DNA of 64,000 nucleotides. It comes from an uncultured Thermoplasmatales archaeon. GTDB taxonomy: Archaea > Thermoplasmatota > Penumbrarchaeia > Penumbrarchaeales > Penumbrarchaeaceae. Position numbers and translations under genes: made by a program. The stretch lies in the NCBI GenBank assembly GCA_964445525.1, contig CAYULA010000002.1:34576-98575 (forward strand). The letters are read 5' to 3'. The notes beneath the pieces are model-generated. The model saw only the letters and a list, made by a program, of their open reading frames with translations, was not told where the DNA came from and did not search any database. This document shows, piece by piece, positions 45,272 through 52,890 of the stretch (within the stretch, counting starts at the first letter, position 1; every line of letters begins with the position of its first letter).

Positions 45272-47329
45272 CTATTCGAATGGATCCTTCTCATCCTTTT
45301 TCTTGGAGGTCCTATTGAGCAGTATTATGAACAGCAATATCATAACTATCACAACCACCACTATAATGATGATCAAAAGTGTGTTCATCATCTTGACACT
45401 TTCAAGTTCATCTTCTGTTGACCTGAGGTCCTCCTCCAGTGCGCCTCTGGATTCCGATGCGGCATCGATATCGCTCTCGGTATCCGAAAGCCCGGACTCC
45501 ACGGAATCTATCCTCGATCCTTCATTCTCCAGCAGGGATTCCAGTGAATCGATGGTGGAGTTCAGGGATTCGAGGTCCGATAAAAGGTCTTCCAGGTCCT
45601 CCTCGCTGATATTGAGGTCCTCCGAAAGGGAGGTAAGATTGGAATCAAGCGAAGAGATATCCTCCCTGATCATGGTGAGGTTCTCGAGGATGTGAAGGAT
45701 ATCTGCCTGCGTGAGGGCAAGGTCCTCGATCAGAGTAGGTATCGGGTCCGTGAAATTCACGGTCCTTGTGACGGTTTCGGAGTTACCGGAAGCATCCGTT
45801 GACGTGATGGTGATCAGGTTGCTCCCGGGGTAAATGGGAATGTCCAGCTGGAAGTAACCAGAATTTGATACATCGGCCACGATCCCGTTCACAACAACCG
45901 TGGCAAGACGTTCCGTGGTTCCGTTCACGGTCACCACCGGTGTGGAACAATTTCCATTGTCTTGAGGTCCGAAAACATCTATGGACGGAGGTACATTATC
46001 ACGCTCGAAGTAGGTGTTGGCCCAGACGCTTGGTTTTTTCGTATCATACTGGATCCAGGCTGAAATGGCATTTCCGAAGAGACCGATGTCCACAACCGGC
46101 GAATAGCAGAATGTTAACCTGGACTCAATGAGTTGTTCTGTGGACCAACCTTTTTCGGGTGTATACCTGCAATATGCAACATTGTAGGTGTCATCTTTCA
46201 GCCAGTTGCATACCATTATCGCTTCCCCTGACCGAGCCATGGAGATATCCGAACTGGTGGCGCTCTCCACGAGGATCTCTGCTTCTCCCCAACCTGTTTC
46301 CGGGGAGTAATCGTTGGTAATGATATTGTTATCGACACCATCGATCTGCCTCCAGACAGCGATGGCATTTCCCTGTCCATCCATTCCAATCCTGGGATAT
46401 CTTTCATTGGTATCATCATATGATTCGATGATTTCATCCGATCCCCAGCCCGATCCTGCCACATATCTGTTTGAGAACATGTCGTATCCTGTACCTGGAT
46501 CCTTTGACCAGACCACCAGGGCGTTTCCATCCTCATCCATGACAACACCGGGTGTGTCCACATTTCCGGGGTCGCCGCTGTCAATCCTCTCGGCCGACCC
46601 CCATCCTATGTCGGGAACATAAACATTGGCCCATACTGTAAATCCACTTGGGGTGAACTGTTTCCATGCCACAACCGCCCTGCCGGACGGATTCACGAAA
46701 ATACTTGGATACAGGGAAGACCCGGAATCAACGGTCTCCACAAGCTCGGAAGTTCCCCAACCGGAACCTCTGACCCATCTGTTTGCCCAGATACTCATTT
46801 CGCCTCCATCGTTCTGTCTCCAGACAACGATTGCAGTTCTACCCAACCTATCCATGGAAACCTCCGGATTCTCAACATTGTTGACCTCATCGGTTTCCAG
46901 AAGAACAGCTTCCTCCCAACCATCACCAATATGTCTTGTTCTTGCATAGAGATTGTATGAGGACCCTTCCAACTGGGTCCAGACCGCTACATAGTGACGA
47001 CCTTCGGGACCAACATCGATTGATGGGTACCTTGCATCCGTGAATCCGGCTGTATCGATAACCTCGGGAACATCCCACCCTGTGTCCTTGTCATAAACGT
47101 TTGTCATGGCATTGTCATAGCTGCCATCGTCCTGTATCCATATTGCACAGGCATCGTTCATATCATGGACTGCCACATCGACACTGTATGATGCCCCTTC
47201 ATGTTCGTTCTCCAGCAGCACCGGATTCTGCCAGCCAACGGGTGGCTCCTCTGCATTTGACGGCAATATCATCAACGATGAAACCATCAACATCAAACCA
47301 GCAAGTAAACAGTAAGATCCCGTTCTCAT
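45272..47329 (-). CDS. Secreted surface protein with a ~7-blade repeat region (likely beta-propeller), an Ig-like domain, an acidic Ser/Leu-rich coiled coil, a C-terminal TM anchor and a short Lys-rich tail
   Basis: Signal peptide. About seven repeats of the type ...VAVWTQ..GSSYNLYARTRHIGDGW... / ...AIVVWRQNDGGEMSIWANRWVRGSGWG.... Coiled coil ...LEDLLSDLESLNSTIDSLESLLENEG.... TM LLIIIIVVVVIVMILLFIILL. Confidence 0.55.
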   Translation of the reverse strand: MRTGSYCLLAGLMLMVSSLMILPSNAEEPPVGWQNPVLLENEHEGASYSVDVAVHDMNDACAIWIQDDGSYDNAMTNVYDKDTGWDVPEVIDTAGFTDARYPSIDVGPEGRHYVAVWTQLEGSSYNLYARTRHIGDGWEEAVLLETDEVNNVENPEVSMDRLGRTAIVVWRQNDGGEMSIWANRWVRGSGWGTSELVETVDSGSSLYPSIFVNPSGRAVVAWKQFTPSGFTVWANVYVPDIGWGSAERIDSGDPGNVDTPGVVMDEDGNALVVWSKDPGTGYDMFSNRYVAGSGWGSDEIIESYDDTNERYPRIGMDGQGNAIAVWRQIDGVDNNIITNDYSPETGWGEAEILVESATSSDISMARSGEAIMVCNWLKDDTYNVAYCRYTPEKGWSTEQLIESRLTFCYSPVVDIGLFGNAISAWIQYDTKKPSVWANTYFERDNVPPSIDVFGPQDNGNCSTPVVTVNGTTERLATVVVNGIVADVSNSGYFQLDIPIYPGSNLITITSTDASGNSETVTRTVNFTDPIPTLIEDLALTQADILHILENLTMIREDISSLDSNLTSLSEDLNISEEDLEDLLSDLESLNSTIDSLESLLENEGSRIDSVESGLSDTESDIDAASESRGALEEDLRSTEDELESVKMMNTLLIIIIVVVVIVMILLFIILLNRTSKKKDEKDPFE

Positions 47330-47492
47330 TTCCTTTTCCCCGTTACCGAATTGCCTTTCTATGATTTATCTATATTTATTCTATTATTATTGTAATGAAA
47401 TTAAATTGAAGGGAAAAAAATCCTCACTGAATCAAAGATTCGGCTGGCCTTTGTTTTCACACTTTTATAAAAATGGTTAGTGAAAACAAAGA

Positions 47493-47510
47493 TGGTGCGA
47501 GGGCTGTGAT
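47493..47510 (-). repeat. 18-nt perfect copy of the 3' end of the tRNA-Leu gene (T-stem 3' strand, acceptor, CCA), 147 bp downstream of the intact gene and in the same orientation
   Basis: tggtgcgagggctgtgat at 47493-47510 is identical to 47657-47674. Confidence 0.8.
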
Positions 47511-47656
47511 GTTAGAATCGTGATATAATTAACGTTAATCCAGATTCTAACATTCAGACCAAAAACGGTTTTCATTTCAAATTCATCATTTTTGGTTGCA
47601 GTGAATTATTTTCAAGCACCATTTTTCGTAATATTATATAATCGACGAAAGAAAAA

Positions 47657-47743
47657 TGGTGCGAGGGCTGTGATTTGAACACAGGAACCACTAAGGACTA
47701 GACCCTCAATCTAGCGCCGTTGACCAAGCTAAGCTACCCTCGC
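47657..47743 (-). tRNA. tRNA-Leu (anticodon GAG), type II with a 13-nt variable arm, CCA encoded
   Basis: Reverse-complement reading: acceptor GCGAGGG/CCCTCGC; D-arm with GG; anticodon stem CTAGA/TCTAG with loop TTGAGGG (U33, G34 A35 G36, G37); variable arm TCCTTAGTGGTTC; T-arm CTGTG-TTCAAAT-CACAG; discriminator A; then CCA. Followed on its strand by a T-rich tract. Confidence 0.85.
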
Positions 47744-47910
47744 ACACGATTGGTGGTTTCTTTTGGCGGATGTTTTCGAACCACCAATCCATGAGGGTAG
47801 CTTAACGGTCAACGGCGCCCCGGGAACTTGTTTCCGGGTTATGCGCCGTAGGTCGGTTGCCTGCAACCGGCCATTTCCGTCAACGCTTTTTCCTTTGGGA
47901 AAAAGGGTTG

Positions 47911-47967
47911 TGACCAAGCTAAGCTTTTCGTGCCCAGCTTGTTACCCTCGCACACGATTGGTGGTTC
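47911..47967 (-). repeat. Diverged direct copy of the tRNA-Leu 5' region plus ~45 nt of its upstream leader, with an 18-nt insertion. Likely a pseudo-tRNA fragment or att-like remnant.
   Basis: tgaccaagctaagct[tttcgtgcccagcttgtt]accctcgcacacgattggtggtt matches 47721-47758 apart from the bracketed insertion. Similarity continues beyond it (tggcggatg). Confidence 0.7.
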
Positions 47968-48026
47968 ACTGGCGGATGATCCTGAAGGGACCTCACATCC
48001 GGTCGGGATGTAGGTTGATTTGATAT

Positions 48027-48890
48027 TTAAGCTTCATCGAGACCCGAGATCTCTTCTCTCAGACCCTCGTATCTGTCGGAAAGCTGATTCAGGGCATAAT
48101 TGAGAGCATCCTTTGCCGGAATCGATCCATCGGTCTCGAATGTGAAGACGAACTTGTCCTCCTCGTAGGAAATCTCGACCGCCTTTTCGCCGTTTATGGC
48201 ATCCAGGGCTGAAGAATCGTAGTAGTTGGGATCCATTTTCTCCAGGGGTTTGAGGTCCTTGACAACGATCTTTCCCTTCTCATAGGCAAGGACCCCCTCG
48301 GGGAATACCTTCACTACCTCCTGGGGGTCATCAAGCTTGGCATTCTTGTTGACTACCAGCTTGGGGTAGTTCATGAATCCGCAGATTGTAACCGGCTGCC
48401 ACTTGGCATGGGTCTTTCCCATTCCGAGCACCGCCGTGGCATAGATCAGAAGCGCCTGTTTCTCCTTGAGCTTCACAACAGGTATGAGCTCCTCCTTGAT
48501 CCTGAGGCTCATATCGCCCAGAGGCTGAAGGTCCCCGGAATATACCGTGCAGGGTCCTTTCTTGTTCATTACATATATTATCGTGCAGTGAGGACACCCG
48601 GTTCCCCCGCATTCGCACTGATCCCTGAACGTGAAGTGCTCCAGGTCTGTGGGAATGGGAACCAGGCTGAGCCTGTGGGCGATCATCTCGTCGAAGAGGG
48701 CGGAATTGGAATCGTATTCGTTTCCCTCCTCGTCCCTGATCGGCCCCATATGGAACTCAACCTCGTCGATGGCCATCTTGGGGACATCGGATATGAGCGT
48801 TCTCCTGATAGAATTCATTACGTCGGGTCTGACCTTGTCTACAACCAGCGTGCATTTCGTATCGGTCAGCTCCCTTACCTCCAATTTCAT
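48027..48890 (-). CDS. rpoD: DNA-directed RNA polymerase subunit D (Rpo3) with a Cys-rich Fe-S cluster-type insertion
   Basis: The typical Rpo3/RpoD N-terminus (...VRELTDTKCTLVVDKV...VMNSIRRTLISDVP...) and a Cys cluster QCECGGTGCPHC. Its position after uS11 is the conserved archaeal order. Confidence 0.85.
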   Translation of the reverse strand: MKLEVRELTDTKCTLVVDKVRPDVMNSIRRTLISDVPKMAIDEVEFHMGPIRDEEGNEYDSNSALFDEMIAHRLSLVPIPTDLEHFTFRDQCECGGTGCPHCTIIYVMNKKGPCTVYSGDLQPLGDMSLRIKEELIPVVKLKEKQALLIYATAVLGMGKTHAKWQPVTICGFMNYPKLVVNKNAKLDDPQEVVKVFPEGVLAYEKGKIVVKDLKPLEKMDPNYYDSSALDAINGEKAVEISYEEDKFVFTFETDGSIPAKDALNYALNQLSDRYEGLREEISGLDEA

Positions 48891-48905
48891 CCTGACACCT
48901 CTGAA

Positions 48906-49295
48906 TCAGACCCTTCTGCCCCTTTTTCCGCCTTTTGGTTTTGTACCATCATGGGGAACAGGGGTGACATCCTCTATTCTGCCTATCCTCAGACCGGCTC
49001 TCGAAAGCGACCTGATTACTCCCTGGGCACCCGGTCCGGGAGATGAGGGTCCGTTACCTCCCGGGGCCCGGACCTTTATGTGGATATTGGTTATTCCCTT
49101 TTCCTTTGCCTTGTCGGCGATAACCTCTCCGGCCCTCATGGCTGCAAAAGGCGATGCCTCGTCCTTGGCTGCTTTCACTACCATTCCGCCGGTTGCCTTG
49201 GCCACTGTCTCGGCACCGGTCAGGTCGGTGAGGGTAACCAGTATGTTGTTGTAGGATGCGTATATGTGGCAGACGCCCCATTTTTCATTCATCAT
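48906..49295 (-). CDS. rps11: 30S ribosomal protein uS11
   Basis: ...[23 protein letters not shown]...[12 protein letters not shown]...[29 protein letters not shown].... Confidence 0.9.
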   Translation of the reverse strand: MMNEKWGVCHIYASYNNILVTLTDLTGAETVAKATGGMVVKAAKDEASPFAAMRAGEVIADKAKEKGITNIHIKVRAPGGNGPSSPGPGAQGVIRSLSRAGLRIGRIEDVTPVPHDGTKPKGGKRGRRV

Positions 49296-49903
49296 TTCTC
49301 ACCTCCCTCGGCGGTGGGTGCCTCGATGCTAATCTTCTCCGGGACCTGGGAAACCTCATCCCCGGTCTCCGATTTCACGGATGATTTTGGCCTCATTGGA
49401 TGCTCCTCGAAGGCGAAGGGAGAAGAATCCTGATAATCGATGGATCTCTCGTTCATCCTCGGGACGAGCATTCCCGGTATTGTGACCCTTCTGTCATTCA
49501 AGATGATATGGCCGTGGGAGATGAGCTGCCTGGCCTGCTTCGGAGTTGATGCCAGACCCTTCGTGTAAACAAGGGTCTGAAGCCTCCTCGACAGTATCGT
49601 CTCGATCTCGATGGCAAGAACATCCTGGAGAGGGGCTCCCTCGTTGAGAAGACCGAGTTTGTAGCACCTTTTCAGAAGCTGGTCAGCCTCCTTGATGGCC
49701 TGCCTGTCCTCGGTCCTAATCTGTGCCTGGAGGTGTCTTGCCTGCCCCCTCAGATCCCTGAGGTAGGACTCGGCCTTCCATACTTCCTTCTTGTTTTTGA
49801 GGCCGAACTTGATCATGAGCTCCTTTTCTTCCTTGATCCTCTCGCCCTGCCAGGGGTGTGAGGGTGTGTTGAATCTCTTTCTAAGCTTTCTAGGATCTCC
49901 CAT
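49292..49903 (-). CDS. rps4: 30S ribosomal protein uS4 (archaeal/eukaryotic S9-type)
   Basis: [18 protein letters not shown]... and an S4 RNA-binding domain (...[45 protein letters not shown]...). Confidence 0.9.
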   Translation of the reverse strand: MGDPRKLRKRFNTPSHPWQGERIKEEKELMIKFGLKNKKEVWKAESYLRDLRGQARHLQAQIRTEDRQAIKEADQLLKRCYKLGLLNEGAPLQDVLAIEIETILSRRLQTLVYTKGLASTPKQARQLISHGHIILNDRRVTIPGMLVPRMNERSIDYQDSSPFAFEEHPMRPKSSVKSETGDEVSQVPEKISIEAPTAEGGEK

Positions 49904-49915
49904 TCATAACCCTCC

Positions 49916-50458
49916 TCACTTCATCTTCTTCCTGGACACGCCGACAGTGGCACCGGTCCTTCCGTTGGACCTGGATTTCTGTCCTCTGACCTTCTGTCCG
50001 GTCTCGTGCCTGATCCCGCGGTAGCTTCTGATCTTCCTGAGGAGATTGATATCCTCCTTCTCGGTCATGGAGAGATCCGTTGAGATGGCGTGGGTATCCT
50101 CCCCCGTCTCCAGGTCCCTCTGCCTGTTCAGAAGCCAGGAGGGTAGGAGGTTGGGGATGTCCTCGATCAGTTCAATAAGCCTGGAGACCTCTTCGTCCGT
50201 CAGGTCTCCCATGAGCTTGTCGTGGGGGACTCCGAGCTCCCTTGTCAGGATATGTGAGATCCTGTAGTTGATACCGTTTACGGAGGTGAGTCCGTCAAGG
50301 ATCTTCCTCTCTCCGTCTATGTCGGTATTTACCATACGAACAATGAATTTGAAATCAGGATCGTGTTCCCTTTCCTGATCCTTGGGCTGTCCTTTGCCCT
50401 TCTTCTTCTCTGCCAAGCGAATTCCTCCGGAAGCGGCCAGTTCGAAACCGGCCCGCAT
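49916..50458 (-). CDS. rps13: 30S ribosomal protein uS13. The N-terminal ~35 aa of the ORF-table model may be an over-extension.
   Basis: ...FKFIVRMVNTDIDGERKILDGLTSVNGI... and the C-terminal ...RSYRGIRHETGQKVRGQKSRSNGRTG... are typical of S13. Confidence 0.85.
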   Translation of the reverse strand: MRAGFELAASGGIRLAEKKKGKGQPKDQEREHDPDFKFIVRMVNTDIDGERKILDGLTSVNGINYRISHILTRELGVPHDKLMGDLTDEEVSRLIELIEDIPNLLPSWLLNRQRDLETGEDTHAISTDLSMTEKEDINLLRKIRSYRGIRHETGQKVRGQKSRSNGRTGATVGVSRKKMK

Positions 50459-50628
50459 TTTCTTGCTGCGGCGGCCAGATAATATCTGGCTTTGGCTTCA
50501 GGTTCCCCCCGATAATTGTTCTTATTTATATCCCTTTCCATGGCAACCCTCTCGAACGTCAATCACAGACCCGCAACAGGTATAAAAATAAATAGGGTAG
50601 GAGACTGTCAGCGGCAGGTTGATAGAAG

Positions 50629-51063
50629 ATGGGAATAGTGACTTTGGCCGGACCCTCCCTGGCGAAGGTGGGTACAGTATTCAAGTATGCGGGTCCAGCG
50701 GACGAATGCGAGGAATGCGGCCTAAAAGCCGTTTGCCACAAATTGAAACCCGGATACAAATACAAAGTTTCCGCCGTCAGGGACGTGGAGCATCCATGCG
50801 AGGTCCACTCCGGAGCTATAGTGAAGGTGATCGAGGTAGAGGAGCTTCCGCTGGAGGCCGCAATCCCTTCGAGGAAAGCACTTGAAGCGGCCCTGATCGC
50901 ACTTGACGAACCCGAATGTCCCAGAAAATGGTGCCCCAATCATGCGCTTTGCACCGTTCCGGAGGATGTAAGGGGTGGAAAGGTCGCCGTCAAGGAGATA
51001 AAAGGCCAACTGGAATGCCCCAGGGGTTTAAAGCTCAAGAAGGTCATTGTGGAACCTCGCTGA
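50629..51063 (+). CDS. Conserved archaeal Cys-rich protein (UPF0179-like)
   Basis: 144 aa with conserved Cys pairs (CEECGLKAVC, ...CEVHSG..., ...ECPRKWCPNHALC..., ...ECPRG...). The assignment is from memory of the UPF0179 pattern. Confidence 0.4.
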   Translation: MGIVTLAGPSLAKVGTVFKYAGPADECEECGLKAVCHKLKPGYKYKVSAVRDVEHPCEVHSGAIVKVIEVEELPLEAAIPSRKALEAALIALDEPECPRKWCPNHALCTVPEDVRGGKVAVKEIKGQLECPRGLKLKKVIVEPR

Positions 51064-51076
51064 GAAAACGGGTGAT

Positions 51077-52354
51077 ATGATGAGGTCGGACATACCGGGT
51101 CTCTACAAGATGAAGATAGAGGATAGGTTGAAAAAGATTGCAGAGGAATCGGATCTTTCTCATGAAGATCTTGTTGGTTTGAAGGGATCCTCAGAAAACA
51201 TTGAGATCCTGGAGGGAATGATCGAAAACGTTGTGGGGGTTTTCGAACTTCCCGTTGGTGTGGCAACCAACTTCATGATAAACGGTGAGGACAGGCTCAT
51301 ACCCATGGCAATCGAAGAGCCGTCCGTGGTTGCGGCTGCTTCGAAAGCCGCAAAGATAGCGAGAAAGAGGGGAGGCTTCTCATGCTCCACAACCGATCCT
51401 GTCATGATCGGCCAGGTGCAGCTTGTAAATCTCGAGGATCCCGATCAGGCTGTGAGGATACTGAAAAATTCCAGGGAGGACCTGATCGCACTTGCCAATT
51501 CCAAGGACCCCATGCTAGTCAAATTCGGGGGTGGTTGCAAGGATATCAAGATAAGGAGGATAGACTGCGACATGGGGCCCATGATCGTTCTCCATCTCCT
51601 TGTTGACTGCAGGGACGCAATGGGTGCAAATGCGGTAAATACCATGGCGGAAGCGGTGGCCCCCGAGATCGAGAACCTCACCGGAGGCACCGTGGTACTC
51701 CGGATAATCTCCAATCTGGCAGTTCACAGGATTTCCAGGGCCAGGGCGGTGTTCCCCAAGGAGGACCTGGGAGGAGAGGACGGACTGGAGCTGATAATGT
51801 GGGCCCTCTCCCTTGCAAAGACCGATCCTTTCAGGGCCACCACCCACAACAAGGGTGTAATGAACGGCATCACAGCCGTTGTCAGAGCCACCGGAAATGA
51901 TACCAGGGCAGTGGAGGCCGGTGTTCACTCATATGCTTCCTACGGAAAGGACTACGGTCCTGTCACCGACTATCATCTTGATGAGAACGGAGACCTGGTG
52001 GGTAAAATTGAGATACCCGTTCCCGTGGGACTGGTAGGCGGTGCCACCAAGGTCCATCCGGCTGCAAAGGCGGCAGTAAAAATTCTCGGTATCAAGACCG
52101 CCTCGGAGCTCGGTGAGGTCCTGGCGGCGGTCGGTTTGGCCCAGAACCTGGCCGCATTGAGGGCGCTTTCCCAGGAAGGAATTCAGAAAGGCCACATGAA
52201 GCTCCATGCCAGGAACCTGGCGATCCAGGCAGGTGCCGGTTCGGGTGAGACCGACAAGGTTGTGGCAAGGATGATCGGAACCGGGACCTTGACCGCCTCC
52301 TATGCAATGGAGATACTGGAGGATATCAGGACCAATAAATCGCGGAAACCTTAA
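51077..52354 (+). CDS. hmgA: Class II HMG-CoA reductase
   Basis: The class II-type N-terminus ...IPGLYKMKIEDRLKKIAEESDL... and ENVVGVFELPVGVATNFMINGE (ENxIGxxxLPxGxA). Overall length ~425 aa. Start at Met 51077, just after the upstream stop. Confidence 0.8.
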   Translation: MMRSDIPGLYKMKIEDRLKKIAEESDLSHEDLVGLKGSSENIEILEGMIENVVGVFELPVGVATNFMINGEDRLIPMAIEEPSVVAAASKAAKIARKRGGFSCSTTDPVMIGQVQLVNLEDPDQAVRILKNSREDLIALANSKDPMLVKFGGGCKDIKIRRIDCDMGPMIVLHLLVDCRDAMGANAVNTMAEAVAPEIENLTGGTVVLRIISNLAVHRISRARAVFPKEDLGGEDGLELIMWALSLAKTDPFRATTHNKGVMNGITAVVRATGNDTRAVEAGVHSYASYGKDYGPVTDYHLDENGDLVGKIEIPVPVGLVGGATKVHPAAKAAVKILGIKTASELGEVLAAVGLAQNLAALRALSQEGIQKGHMKLHARNLAIQAGAGSGETDKVVARMIGTGTLTASYAMEILEDIRTNKSRKP

Positions 52355-52389
52355 CTAATGAACAGAAGCTAACATAAGCAGGTGTTAAC

Positions 52390-52872
52390 ATGGATATAGA
52401 GAGCGTTCCGATAGAGAAACCCGATGACATCAATTTCATACTGGGTCAGTCCCATTTCATAAAGACGGTTGAGGACATCTACGAGGCTATTGTGAACGTC
52501 AATCCGGAACTCAAGTTCGGACTGGCCTTCTGTGAGGCTTCCATGAACTGTCTGGTCAGGTTCACCGGAAATGACGACGAGATGACAGAACTTGCAAAGA
52601 CCAATGCGAAAAGAATCGGGGCCGGACATTCCTTCATCATATTCATGAAGAACGGATTCCCCATCAACATCATTCCCAGATTGAAGGAGGTCCCCGAGGT
52701 CTGCAGGTTGTTCTGCGCCACTGCAAACCCCACCGATGTCCTGATAGTGGAGAACGATAGGGGCAGGGGGATCGTCGGTGTCATAGACGGCAGCAAGCCC
52801 AAAGGCATCGAAGGTCCCGAGGACAAGGAATGGAGAAGGGATTTCCTCAGAAAGATAGGATACAAGCAGTGA
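52390..52872 (+). CDS. DUF355 / adenosine-specific-kinase-family protein (archaeal)
   Basis: 160 aa with ...GLAFCEAS...[19 protein letters not shown].... Resembles the PF04008-type small archaeal proteins. Confidence 0.4.
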   Translation: MDIESVPIEKPDDINFILGQSHFIKTVEDIYEAIVNVNPELKFGLAFCEASMNCLVRFTGNDDEMTELAKTNAKRIGAGHSFIIFMKNGFPINIIPRLKEVPEVCRLFCATANPTDVLIVENDRGRGIVGVIDGSKPKGIEGPEDKEWRRDFLRKIGYKQ

Positions 52873-52890
52873 TGAAAGGGGACTGGTTCC

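Noticed and set aside
47791-47955. Possible + strand intron-containing or split tRNA. The sequence ATGAGGGTAGCTTAACGGTCAACGGCGCC... resembles a tRNA 5' half, and CCCTCGCA at 47945 resembles a 3' acceptor strand.
   Set aside because: No T-arm (TTCAAAT-type loop with a 5-bp stem) precedes the putative 3' acceptor. The acceptor pairing would need an A-C mismatch. The internal hairpins (GGCGC/GCGCC enclosing CCGGGAA/TTCCGGG) do not fit an anticodon arm or a bulge-helix-bulge motif. This is better explained as inverted and direct partial copies of the adjacent tRNA-Leu.
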